Positions 11,519 to 24,257 of a DNA stretch of 64,000 nucleotides are shown here, one piece after another. The stretch comes from Cirrosporium novae-zelandiae. Its lineage: Eukaryota. The number at the start of each line of letters is the position of its first letter. Positions within the stretch are counted from its first letter, which is position 1. The notes beneath the pieces were generated by a model, which saw nothing but the letters and a program-made list of their open reading frames with translations, did no database searches and was not told the origin of the DNA. A program made the position numbers and the translations under genes. The stretch covers positions 186,001-250,000 of the forward strand of contig JAPETS010000012.1 in NCBI GenBank assembly GCA_026023565.1, given 5' to 3'.

Positions 11519-13434
11519 ATGGCTGATCGCTACATCCCAGCCCATCGTCGTACCGGATACAAGGCTTCAAACACTTTCAAACCGGAGGAACTTCGTCGTC
11601 GTCGAGAAGAACAAGTTGTTGAAATTCGAAAGGCCAAAAGAGAAGAAAACCTTGCCAAGCGACGAGGTATCACAACCAGAGATGGCCAAGCACCAGGAGC
11701 TGCTCTTGGAGCCGCTCCTGATAGCGATGACGAGGGGATCACCATCGAAAGTGAGGTGAGTTTTTGCCCCCACATTTCATCTCGATATCACATATAGCAT
11801 GTCTTTATTGTAATTCCCATGTGAATTTTATTCCTACAGTACTCGGATTCTTAAGGAAGAGTGAAAACTCTTCTCTGACTCAACCAGAGGCAATATTTGA
11901 TCTTAAACTACTTGCTTTTCAACATGAAAAACTTGATGCTAACAATTTTTTGGGGGTAGCTCAATACTGAACTCCCTGAGATGGTGAAGGGGGTGTTCTC
12001 AGACCAGATCGAGGCACAAATCCAAGCGACTACGAAATTCCGAAAACTCTTATCAAAAGAGCGCAACCCACCCATCGAGCGAGTTATTGAGACCGGTGTC
12101 GTGAGCAGATTTGTAGAATTCCTCAGATCCCCTCATACCCTAGTCCAATTCGAGGCAGCTTGGGCTCTTACCAATATTGCTTCTGGGTCTGCTCAACAGA
12201 CTCAAGTTGTCATCGAGGCTGGAGCAGTACCAATCTTTGTTGAACTTCTCAGCAGTCCAGAACCAGATGTTAGAGAACAAGCGGTATGGGCTCTTGGAAA
12301 CATTGCCGGTGACAGCCCAGCCTGCAGAGATTACGTTCTCTCGGCTGGAGCGCTTCCACCACTCTTGGCCCTGCTGGGTGACAGCCGCAAGCTGAGCATG
12401 CTCAGAAATGCCACATGGACATTGAGTAATTTCTGCCGAGGCAAGACCCCTCAGCCGGATTGGAATACCGTAAGTACATGATATTTTTATTGAAAAGCCT
12501 TTTCTGACGCCACCTTCAGATTGCGCCAGCTTTGCCTGTTCTCGCCAAATTAGTCTACTCCCTTGATGACGAAGTTCTAATTGATGCTTGCTGGGCCATC
12601 TCTTATCTTTCCGATGGAGCAAACGATAAGATTCAGGCTGTTATTGAAGCCGGCATCCCTCGTCGTCTCGTGGAGCTTTTGATGCATGCGTCCACCTCCG
12701 TCCAGACCCCAGCTCTTCGATCAGTTGGTAATATTGTTACCGGAGACGATGTTCAAACTCAAGTTATCATCAATTGTGGTGCCCTTCCAGCTCTGTTGTC
12801 GCTCCTCTCATCTACAAAGGATGGAATCCGAAAGGAAGCTTGCTGGACCATTTCCAATATTACCGCCGGCAACTCTACCCAAATTCAAGCTGTCATTGAC
12901 GCCAACATCATCCCTCCATTGATTCATCTCCTTTCTGTTGGTGACTTTAAAACACGCAAGGAGGCATGCTGGGCAATCTCAAATGCTACATCCGGTGGGC
13001 TCCAAAAGCCTGAACAGATCCGTTACCTCGTCCAGCAAGGCGCGATTCCACCTCTATGCGATCTCCTCTCTTGTCCGGATAATAAGATCATTCAAGTTGC
13101 TCTTGATGGTCTCGAGAACATCCTGAAGGTGGGTGAGATGGACAAGGAGTCCAATGAAGATGCTCAGAAGGGAATTAACAAGTATGCTCTCTGGATTGAG
13201 AATGCTGGTGGTATGGAGAAGATCCATGATTGCCAAAACAATGCAAACGAGGAGATTTACATGAAGGCATATACTATCATCGAAAAGTACTTTTCCGACG
13301 AAGAGGATGGCCAAGAGAATCTCTTTGGTAGTGTTGCTCCTCAACAAGAAGGCAATGCTTTTGCTCTTGGTGCCCAACAAGGTCAACAACAGGGCTTCAG
13401 TTTCACCAACGGCGGAGATTCGATGGATATGTAA
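11519..13434 (+). CDS. SRP1: Importin subunit alpha (karyopherin alpha)
   Basis: IBB domain ([26 protein letters not shown]) followed by ARM repeats ([33 protein letters not shown]). Introns 11756-11959 and 12470-12519. Confidence 0.98.
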
Positions 13435-15584
13435 AGTAGCTATGAAATACCTACTACTTTCTATTACGTTCACACTACCACCGAAAGAACCAATACGTCA
13501 TACGACAATAAACAATCAGCTTTCCACTGATGTCAAGTAGCAGCTCCGCTCAGGTTGTATCGCACGTGGAACATTGCTACATGTTAGCCCTTCCGAGCCA
13601 AGTCGATTCAATCATATCCCTTGGCAGTACAAGACTTGCTCCCAAATATCACATAACCCCGAATTCGATAATCCCTATCCCAGCATCAGCACTGGCACAC
13701 CCCCACGAAGCGCGTCCCCGATAAACCCCTTGATGATTAAATTTCAAAATCACGACCTATTAGCGAGATATCAGATACACCGTCATGTAACCCCTACGTT
13801 CACGTTTTTATTCATCTTAAACTTCTTCCCCCTTTATTCCCCTTAGGCGTTTGTCTATCGTTTTTCTAAACCTTCTCTTCCCTTGATGTCTTCTGGAATG
13901 ATTGACTGAAGGGAAGTGACTATGAAGATAGACGGAGGGTTACCGAGGTAAACGAGATGATGGAGATGAAATGGATGAAATTGCTATGGTGATGGCAAGG
14001 GTATGGACAAGACCCCTTGTATTCTTTGCCCCATGATACGCAAAATCCATATTAAGAAAATACAAATGCCATTCAAAATAATATCGTTCTGATCGTAGTC
14101 TTGTGATTTCGTACAGTATATTTAGACCAAAAATGATAGGGATTTGATAGGAGATTTCTTTCTCTATTGTTTTTTTAACGATTTATATATAGTACCTTAG
14201 TCCCTTGATACATCATTTCCTTTACTCGAGCCTGTTGACAGAAACTCCTCCTCTCCTAAATCCCCTTTTCCTCCCTCCTTCCCTTAATTTTTCTTTTCCC
14301 CTCCCTTTCTTCCCCTTGATCGAGGATGAATAGACAAAACAGCTACTGTAGATATGTAAAATAAGAACGAAAAAAAAATTTTAATCCCAACTTTTTATTC
14401 TTTATTTTTTTCTTCTCTACTTCCGTCTCGTTCGTTCATAACGTGCATAACATGTATATAACATAATATACCACCCACCATGATCCATATAATCCATGGG
14501 TATGCGTGCCTGAAAGGTGGAACTCAAGTGGATTGGGTTGGGGGGGTTGGATTGGGGGGGCGGCTATATCTTACATGTTATATCTTACATGTTATATTTA
14601 TATTTATATTTTATACATCAACCAATCTGGTTACTCACTCACTTCGTTAACCAATATGTCCATCCTCCAGGGATAGGATAGAGAGAGAGAGAAACCGTCT
14701 GCTATCTATCTACCCATCTACCCATCCATCTAATAAATATAGAAAGGGGAATAACACATGCACACACATGCTACGTGCACATGTATAGTACCTGTATAGT
14801 ACATAGAGAACGTCCTAGGCTAAGTCCCCTAGAGAACCCTAGAGAAAACCTAAATAATTTAATTAAGTGGCATGCCGGTGTGAAACCCAAAAATTGAAAA
14901 TCACTCAAACATTTCAACTTTTGAAACAGAGGGGGGAAAGATAAAAGACCATGGTTGGTTGGTTGGTTGGTTGGTTAGGGTAAAAGTTTACTTTACCTTG
15001 TAGTGAGTGAGTGAGTGTGGTGTGCGTTATTATTCAGAGTAAGAGTTGATTACTAGAAGGAAGGAAGGTAAGCACGTGCAACTCTTCTTCTGTATAAAAC
15101 ATACACACGCACACGCAAAAAAAAAAGGTGAGAGAGAGAAAAAAGAAAGGAAAAGAAGGAAAAGGGGAGGGTGCTTGAAGTTAGATTTCTTTCTTCTCTA
15201 TATACTTGATTCTTATCGGGTATTAATAGTGGATAGTTGAATAGAAAGAAATGTATAGATAATTAGTTTGGATGGATAGATGGATTATTGAGGGTTGTTG
15301 AGTAAGGTTAAGTTGATGAGATGTTAGATGCTGGGGGAGATGTATTTAATTACCCAAACCCAACCTAACAAAGTCATGTAATTACTCTAGATTTATTTAA
15401 TTTATACCTGCTGCACCTATTGTTGTTGTTGCTATTGGGGGGAAGTCAGAGTGCCAATCACTTCCATCAATACAATACTCAAATTCTAATTCTAATTCTA
15501 TCTAATTACCTTAGGCACCTAATTAATTAGGTAAATTGGAAACTGATTGATTAAGGAATCTTTTTTACTCTACTCCCTGTGCCT

Positions 15585-15614
15585 CTTCTTCTTCTTCTTC
15601 TTCTTCTTCTTCTT
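15585..15614. repeat. (CTT)10 microsatellite
   Basis: Directly visible. Confidence 0.95.
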
Positions 15615-16687
15615 CCTCCTCCTCTACACACGCGCTGTTTTATGTTTAAAATTTAAAATGATAACTGTATATCTATCTGTAGTAAATTAGGGTATATGGT
15701 TAATATATGTTGGTTGACGTGGTGGTTGGATATAACTACTGTCATGACCATGTACATGTACGGTACTATACGTCTTAATTCGCGGTATATATATACAGGT
15801 ATATATGTATATACTATACCTAATCCACCAGGGGCGAAGGGTGATAATCAATGATAAATCACGACAAGGAATGACGTGAGTACCTAGGTACAATCCTAAA
15901 CCTTATGTGCAGATATATTCCCGGGGGGTTATCCCTGGAGCGTTGTTGAACCATATCACATGTGGCCTAGAGGGAAGGGGACGCTGAGGAATGAATGACG
16001 ACGAACGAACGAACGACGGGTAAGATGCATAATGATCCCTACGGACGAATATTTAGCGAAACTCCCAGAGTGTAAAATCCCTACAACATCCGTTCGGGGT
16101 TTGGTTGATTGATTGATTTTATTGATATTTATATTTATTGAATTTATGTCCATAATCCCCTCCCTCCCTCCTCCCCCTCCCCTCTCCCTCCCCAATCCAT
16201 TCCAATCCATCCCTCAAATTCTCTCAAAAAACCCCATGAAGGAAGAAGATAAAACCTACTGCATGAGACAAGTCCAAAAGCGGTAATGGGGTAATACAAT
16301 ATTTATAATGAATATTTAAATTCGTATTGTGATTACAACCTCCAAGACCCGGCATTTTCGGTTAATCTTCATTCCTGTATGTTTATCGTAATCGAGAGTA
16401 AAAAAGCGCCTGAAGGGAGGGGGTCCTTGCAAAAACACCAGAAAATGGGTACCTGCCAAGTCAAGAAAAGCCCTTTTCTCTTGATTCGAGGTAGAGAGCA
16501 CAAGAGCAACAAGATCTAATCGGGTATCGGGTATCGATGTCACGGGCAACATTAAGATCTCTCTCATCGTCGAAAAAATAATATGTGTAGAAATAAAGGC
16601 ATGAAACGTCATAAAGGTGTAAACTCTTTGTTCAGAATCGGAATTTCCCGCGGCTACCGAAGAAAAAAAACACCACCATCACTGTAA

Positions 16688-17260
16688 TCATAAGAAAGAG
16701 TTCACGAATGACATTGCGCCGACCAGAGCCAGAGCCGTGACGCCGAGGGTTATTGTGAATTTTTGCATGACGGTGTTAGCCCCAGCTTCATACTCCTTGA
16801 CAACACCGACGCTTCCAGTCAGGGTTCCTAATCCGACAGTCCCTGATCCGGATGTCGTCCACTGATCTGGCACAGATGCAAATGTTTGTGTATAGGTAAC
16901 AGATATCCAATCAGCAGCCGTTCCCGAGTTGATTCCGTAGGTGGTGACTGCGTCGGCTTGACCACCCGATGCGCTGCTGACAACACCAGCAACAATCTCA
17001 CGAAGCTCCAGCCCGTTATGGTTGAGTCCATCCCCATTTAATTCCAATTCGTTGTAGGCAGGAGCTGAGGTTATCGAGGGCATAGAGGGTACTAGAAGAG
17101 ATGCCGCAGGTGTCGGTTGTACTTGAAAGCTTATGGGTTGTTTAACATTGAGGTCGGTGAAGGAGGGAGCAGCGACAACTTCAGAGGGAACCTCCATTAC
17201 TTCGATAGCTTGGGTGCGTACCAAGGCTGGTAGGAGGAAAATGGTGGCGAGGAAGCGCAT
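16688..17260 (-). CDS. Secreted Ser/Thr-rich, probably GPI-anchored Kre1-like cell-wall protein
   Basis: N-terminal signal peptide and hydrophobic C-terminal tail. TYTQTF...SGTVGLGTLTGSVGVVK resembles, from memory, the yeast Kre1 motif GSIGMGTLTGTVGVIK. Confidence 0.7.
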   Translation of the reverse strand: MRFLATIFLLPALVRTQAIEVMEVPSEVVAAPSFTDLNVKQPISFQVQPTPAASLLVPSMPSITSAPAYNELELNGDGLNHNGLELREIVAGVVSSASGGQADAVTTYGINSGTAADWISVTYTQTFASVPDQWTTSGSGTVGLGTLTGSVGVVKEYEAGANTVMQKFTITLGVTALALVGAMSFVNSFL

Positions 17261-18832
17261 GATGCCTGATGGAGAAACAAAGAAAGATGGTCGATTATAG
17301 CCTCCCTCTTGGACACTGGATCCAGAGAATGGTAATTAATATTATTGACAGGTAGTTGTTGACCGGATTATCTTTGGGTTTGTTGTACTAGAGGTACAAA
17401 CAACCTTTCAACGGCCTAGCGGCTATTGGAGAGTTGTTCTGCGGTTGGTGCTGAAGACCATCAAGGTCAACAGGAGTATTTGATCAAAAGTTCAGAGGTT
17501 GAAAAAAACTTGACAACTAGGTGCTGAGTGGGTTTGATCGGAAAGGACTGGCTTGAGTGTCCAAAGCACTTGATTTAGCTAAAGGAATGACTTTTTTTTT
17601 TTTTTTTTACTCTTAAGTGGAGTACGTAAGGAGTGGCAGTCGGTTTCTAAGACCGGCTGATTTCTGGTCAACTTCGCAAGCTTCTAACAAGACTGGTATT
17701 CAGCGAGGCAAAATGATGTATGATTGTGCAATGCATATAGTATGTATGGGGGGGGGATAAAGACGCGACAGATGAAATGACGCTTGAACGCTTAATTGAA
17801 AGATTCCATAGAGAGTGACTTGGAAGCAGCTGGGAAAAGAAGGGACTGGAAGATTGCGAGGCGGTGGCTTGACTGGAGAGACTGGAATGTTGAGGTTAGA
17901 AAATGAAGGGGGGACGCGTGGAAGTTGAAGCCATAGCCCATGAAGTTGATGGTGAAAGAAAGTCGAAAAGTGATAGGAGGTGCACTATCTCCATCAAGGC
18001 AAAGTGCGATAGAAAAACAATCCACTTTGTTTGGAGCCTTGACTTAACTGGGGCTGGGTAGAGATGGTTAAGCTGGTTTAAGATTAAACCCCAAGAGATT
18101 TCCCTCCTACCAATTGCCTTAATTGATTTACTATTCTCCGACCAACTTCCGATATTCCTCCATCCCTCTTTGGGAATAATGAACGGATCGGCCCTTTACT
18201 TCCCTGCGCCTCTCCCATGATTACTGTGGTATTTACAAACAGGTGCCGAAACACCCACACCCTTTGTTACACAGCCTATGTATGCATCTACTCTATCACT
18301 CGCACCTCCCCCTGTCATTCAGACCATCCATATGCATTGACAGCAATCATTCTAATAATTATATTAAGCATAAAATGAGAAGAAAGAAAGAAGAGTAAAA
18401 AATAAAAAAAATAAAACCATCAACCTCTCAGGTGAACAGTTGGTGGGTGCTCCTCTCTCTCACTCACTCACACCCTTCCAGCTCCATATTTATATACCCC
18501 CACTCGGATCCATTGTTTTTAATAATTGTTTAACTTTTTTTTTCACCTTTATCTCATCTTCCCGAACTCTGTTGCTATGCTATAATTACACAAAAGTGAT
18601 ACCCAAAAGACCCTAAACGCCTCCGGACCTCTCCTTTTCTGCAAGCCCCCCTGTAGGAGATAACCATCCTCCGTCTTTCTTTTTCCTATGCATCTGCCCG
18701 AGACAATCAATATACTGTAAACCGAGACTTGCTACAATGCACGCTTTTTAAACCTCATAAACATGACAAATCCCCATAAACCATTGCTTTTCCAATCTAG
18801 AAAACTTCTCCAGCTTCCTTTGACTATCGTAT

Positions 18833-20611
18833 TCAACCCAAAAGTTCATCCAGGTTTGGGACAAAAACAACATTCGTAAAAGTCTGTGCCAGCGCCCAAG
18901 CATCTCTCTTACCATCTTTTCCACCTGTAAGGCTAGTAAGAAGAACCTCCTGGTGAGATAGTGATTCTATTCCTCTGTTGACCTCTAAAGGTACCCCGCC
19001 CCAGTCAAGTGTCATCCTGCCAGATTGATGGATCTTGATGGAGCCTGGAGTACCTGCTGTAGTCAAAGTCTTCACGGCGGTGAAAGTTTCTGGTTTATGA
19101 GGCTCGGCCTTCTCATCCGATTTTTCTTTTCGCATCTTGGGCGCTGGAACGGGAATTTTGGCTTGTGGTGCCGAAATGGCAATATCTGCATCGTCCGTAA
19201 TTTGGACATCATTGCCACCTTCCAAGGCGCTTTCGCTGGCTTGGTTACCATCGGCTCTTTCGAGAAGGGGTAAGAGTCCAGGGAGTTGTACAAAGTACAG
19301 TTTGCCATTATCAACATCATATGGTGTGTCACCATCGTCGATATCATGATCCTCTCTTTCGAACCTTTTGTCCTTCTTCGAGGGCTCGGGGCTAGGTATC
19401 CTTCTCGAAGGAGGTGGAACAGCACCAAATTCTTTGCAAAGTTGACGGATATCATAGTAATGGCGGTTCCATTCTTCACGATCTTCCTCCGTCTGAACAA
19501 CAAAAATATCTGCAGGCCGCTTCCTTCGGTGTTTTTCTTTCTTCGGCGGGCGAACGGGCTCATTTTTCATGGGGGCTGGTGTTTCCTGACCTTGAATCTC
19601 TTCGGCGATATCTTCAGGATCGTGCCAATTGCCTTTCCATTCCTTCTCAATCTTGACAACATTCTCCTCGTTAAGTGGAAGCCTCACGTTCCGTTTGATA
19701 ATTTCTTCTTCTTCAACCCTTCGTTGCTTCTCTAGTTCATCCTTTGCTAGCGGCGTCATTTCCTTAAAGAAGATAGGATTCTCTCTCTCTTCCTTGTCTC
19801 TCTTTTCTTGTATTGCCTTGAGCTTTGCTGATATGTCGGAGGAAGCATCCAAACTAACGCCGATATCTCTTTCCTTATGGGTGTATCTCTGTAATCGAAC
19901 TGGTATTTGTCGTGCTGTCCGAGGATCATGAGATTTGGCTCGTCCCTTTCCTTTTCCCGTATCAATCTGTTCTTCATCTAGTTCATCATCGTCAAGAAGA
20001 CTAATGTATTCGGGATCGTTAAACATTTGGACATCCACCCTATTATCGTCTTCAACCTTCATTTTGATATCTTCCCCTGCCATATCTGAAGTAGGACCGA
20101 CTCTTGAAATGTCTCCGACGACACCACTGGTAAAGGATGACGACAATCCAGGTTCTTGTTTTATGATCACAGTTGGTCCAGCTCCTATTCCAGCACGAGG
20201 ACCACCTGAAGACATGGCATGAGGCACCACTGCAAAAGGGCCACTGGCTGCCCCTTCCGTTCTGTCAAATGTTCGCCCAAAGTCACCTCTTCCACGTCCG
20301 CCTCTACTTGGGAAGCCTCTACCGCGACTAGGAAAGCCGCCTCTTGTAGGTGCTTGTAGCTTTGCGATTTCCCTTTTACGCTCCTCCTCTGCTTTGGCTA
20401 GCGCATCTCGTTCTTCCTTGCTGCGGCGGGTAGCTGCTTTCGGTTGAAACTTGAGGCCTTTACGTATGGGTGTGCCATCGGGATTTGTAGATGGAGAAGC
20501 TGCAGGTGCACGAGCTGCAGAATGGAGACGTTGTAATCGCTGGCGTGGTTGCTGCTGCGCTTGCTCTCCATCGTTTGGCGGAGGCTGGCGTCTCCCAGCC
20601 TTTGGGGGCAT
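18833..20611 (-). CDS. RPC53: RNA polymerase III subunit RPC4 (C53)
   Basis: Intronless ORF from MPPKAG (ATG at 20611). LKFQPKAATRRSKEER, then the C-terminal RPC4 domain KLYFVQLP...GSIKIHQSGRMTLDWGG...VFVPNL. Confidence 0.88.
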   Translation of the reverse strand: MPPKAGRRQPPPNDGEQAQQQPRQRLQRLHSAARAPAASPSTNPDGTPIRKGLKFQPKAATRRSKEERDALAKAEEERKREIAKLQAPTRGGFPSRGRGFPSRGGRGRGDFGRTFDRTEGAASGPFAVVPHAMSSGGPRAGIGAGPTVIIKQEPGLSSSFTSGVVGDISRVGPTSDMAGEDIKMKVEDDNRVDVQMFNDPEYISLLDDDELDEEQIDTGKGKGRAKSHDPRTARQIPVRLQRYTHKERDIGVSLDASSDISAKLKAIQEKRDKEERENPIFFKEMTPLAKDELEKQRRVEEEEIIKRNVRLPLNEENVVKIEKEWKGNWHDPEDIAEEIQGQETPAPMKNEPVRPPKKEKHRRKRPADIFVVQTEEDREEWNRHYYDIRQLCKEFGAVPPPSRRIPSPEPSKKDKRFEREDHDIDDGDTPYDVDNGKLYFVQLPGLLPLLERADGNQASESALEGGNDVQITDDADIAISAPQAKIPVPAPKMRKEKSDEKAEPHKPETFTAVKTLTTAGTPGSIKIHQSGRMTLDWGGVPLEVNRGIESLSHQEVLLTSLTGGKDGKRDAWALAQTFTNVVFVPNLDELLG

Positions 20612-23600
20612 TTTTAGGGCAGGTACGGTTTCACTCAAGGCAAGAACGCTGAAGAAGAATCCTAAAGATAGATGTAATCACAGCTATTGGAATATGGTCA
20701 AGCTCGATTCAATATTAGTATTTATAGCTAGGAAACCAAGTGTGAGTGGTCAAGGTGGTGAATTCAGAAGCGAAAGTAAATTTCTTGATCGGCGAACAAC
20801 TTCTCCGATCAGCTAAGCTTATTGGAGGATAGTGACGTAGGAGGGGCTATCCCTGCTGAAGAACTGCCCCTCACTTGTCATCCCCGAGAATCCCGCAGAG
20901 TGGGATCAAAAGCCAAGTACTTTTTTTATTACGACCTCTACTCTCTGATATTATATCCATATATCGGCCCTTGGATGATCGCATGAGCATATTGTTCGAC
21001 GTTGACCAAGCTCTCACTCTTTACCACGCTTATGTCTTGAGGCTCATCAATGTCTGTCCCGCAATGCGACAAGCCGCAATAATGCGCTCGAAACGCCTAA
21101 CGTTCCACCATCACGTTCACCTCTTATATTTACAAACTTGCCGTCGAATTTCAGTCGCACAATGTTCCTATTGATGATACAAAATGTGTGGTTGGTGTGC
21201 CATGTCATAAAGTACTAATGCGATCCAGTATTAGGGAAGAGGAGCAAATCTGTTAGAAATGAAAACCACGCGCTGTTTTGCGCAAACTGTCTTCATTCCC
21301 GTCTAAGGATTTTTATAATATAATTGGGTTCTGGCCAACGTTAACACACTATCATAGAAGGTATGGTAATACCCAATGGTAGATAAGATAAAGATATTGC
21401 GCATCCACTTTCATGGGCCAAAGCTCTCTAGGCGCATAGATGAAACAAAATTGTGAGACGCTTGCATCGACCTATTTAGGAGAATTGGCCTTCATGAATC
21501 GCGAACCATAGTCTTGAGAAAGAAACATGCTATCATGCCATGGATTGATCTCCATATCACCTTTGTGGGCTCTTGATCCTAGCAAGTGAGCCACAGGTGG
21601 TGCAACCCCGATCGCAATTGGAATTGGGAAACATTTAGAGGGTTTCTCATTCTTGAAACTTGGTCGAGGGAAGAAGAAAATATATTTGGTAGATGGTGAT
21701 ATCAGGGAAAACATTGTTTAACATGGAGAGCGGAGTGGTAGTCATGAGATCCAGCCACTGGGGGGGGGGGTCAATGGTTGTATCGCAATGCCCATCAGAC
21801 CTCATAACTAACCAATAAACTAAAAAAAAAAAAACCTATGAATATGCTATGTAGTAGAAGATATGACATGTCAATTGAATGGGTGTAATCTGGAGACAAG
21901 TAGTTTGTTGCGATATAGACTTATCTAGCTTTGGCGTTGGGCATACAATGATAGTTTTGGAAATTAAACAACGAAAATTAATATAATAGACTTTGTCATC
22001 GATATTATGAATAAAACATAGCATATCAGAGCATAGCTAGTTACAATTGCCCTCCAAATTGCCTATTTTTGCCCATTTTGCTCCTCTTCCCCGCTAATAG
22101 TGACTTTGAAGTGAGGCTTCTTAATACTATCCCATTGCTGACCGCCACTCAGCAGGAATTTCCAAGTATTTCTCCATCCCATGGTGGCCGTGAGGCCCGC
22201 ACACAACCTGACGGTATGGCGGCCTGACAGCCTCAAAAATCCTCATCACTATCAGCAAACTTTCGGTTCCCCTTCGCGCTTTCATTCTAATCTTCATACG
22301 TTTCGCGCATCTTCCGCAAAGCCAGGAATTCAACTGAACTGAGCCCGAAAGGGCTCCTATCAAATCTTCACTATCTTCACCAAAAGACTCGTCCCACATT
22401 TGCGCTCCATTACTTCTCAATGGATCGAATCAAGTCCAGCGTATCCTAAGGATTCTCCTTTGCGCCATATTATGTTGTCAGAACCACGCGAAGCCCTCCA
22501 TCTCCTTTAGTTTTCCCAGCTCAAAACATCTACGAAACTGCATGAAATATCCAAAATTTACCTTACGCCGTTCTCATACTCTTGGAATATGGTCTGACGC
22601 TCTTTTCTGGCGCTCTGGCTACTTCAGGCACACGCTACTGAAGTATAACCCCTCTTGGAATCCAAGGCTTACAACCTCAGCTACTTTCGAAAGTATTCCC
22701 CTCAAAGTACGCAACTCTTTCCGAGAGTATAATCTCGATGAAGAGAACAAAAAGACCCTTTACTCAAATAATACCTGAAGCGCTTGAAGACTATATTTCA
22801 TCTTCTCACATGGCCTTACGGCCTTTGAATATCTAAACCTTGGATAAAGGACATAGGAAATATATGTTTGAATTTGATACAGGCAATTCCTATTCCATCC
22901 CAATTACAAATGCCTAGACTAACCATACAATCTTAGCTGAGGTTCAAAGCAACTGAAATTTGAAGCCATTTTGCGCAAAAATAGATACCATTCAAGGGTG
23001 ATATTTAATAGCCAACAGACCCATTCCGATCCAAGCCTGAACTCCCACATAACCAGAACATTTCAGATTTCGAGATATCGATATTTCCACCCACAACCGA
23101 GGTTTAAAATTTATTGTCCACCTCTCCTTTCTTTCGCCTTTCCACCTCCTGGTCGAAATCGATATCGTGACAGAGGAACCAGATTAATCCTAGCCCACAC
23201 ATAAATCACAAAAGCACCACAAAATACCCTTGCAACGCGCCCAGAGGAGGGGTTCGACAACACAATTCCAAACAACTAAAGGAGAGTCATGATATTTCCA
23301 TGCAAGAATCATCAACAAAAGCAACCCGACCCAGTGCGCATTTGTGCAGTTCCCCAACCGACCAGCCCAACCACGACCCAATAAATCCACTCTGTCCACC
23401 TAATTCTTTCCACAGCTAGAACCTGTTTGCTGACTTGGCACAATATCAAATGAAAACGCATGCGCCATTCGAGTATTCAGGTCAGTTCTCTCCACCAATA
23501 ACTTCTCCCTTTCATCGACCACATCCGTGTTCCCACTGAAAAACACGATCACAAGATGGGCAAAGAACGGACGAAGTTAAAAACATGACCAAACTTCAAT

Positions 23601-24257
23601 GAGTACATAGACCAAAACAAAAACAATACTTTTGGTATCCGTTGAACGCCGAAAGAAAATTCCGCACGCAGTAGTATGAAAAAAGTCATAAAATCATATA
23701 CAAAGCCACACACTTATCCAACTAACCCCAACGTAACCAAACCACTATCCCGTCTCCCTAGGAGCTCCTTCGATATAGTTAATTGAACTTATAATTTCTC
23801 TTGAGGCATATTCTGTGTCCACCTAGTAACGAGCCAATACCCTCCACTCCTGACAAGCACAAGATTGAAAATAGTACCATGCTTCTGTAGTAGTAAGAGA
23901 ACAGCCTGAGTAAACTAACCACCAATCCTAGAACAAAAGGAGAACAAAGAAGCCACAAAAATACTTCCTTAAACTGCTCGAACATTTTCTTGCATTCTGG
24001 GTGGTTTCTTTTTTAGTTGTTTTTTTGATTCTTTGCCACACGTAGTCTATAGAATACCGAAAATTTCTTCCATGACAAAAGCCGGTAGGTGGTCCGTAAG
24101 CACCTCCATGCCTCCTAGAGGAACCGCGGTATATCTTAGGACAAGCCAGTGTGGCTATCTTTCACATAAGCTGTAAGTGCAGTAATTCGAATGACGCCGA
24201 TGATGATAGGGACAGAACGGGATATTGTTGAAATCGATTCGGAAAGTAGGAACTCGT

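Noticed and set aside
11755..11959. Stwintron (nested intron) interpretation of importin-alpha intron 1
   Set aside because: The reconstituted donor GTACTC is poor and two-step splicing would shift the frame; a single intron gives the conserved protein.
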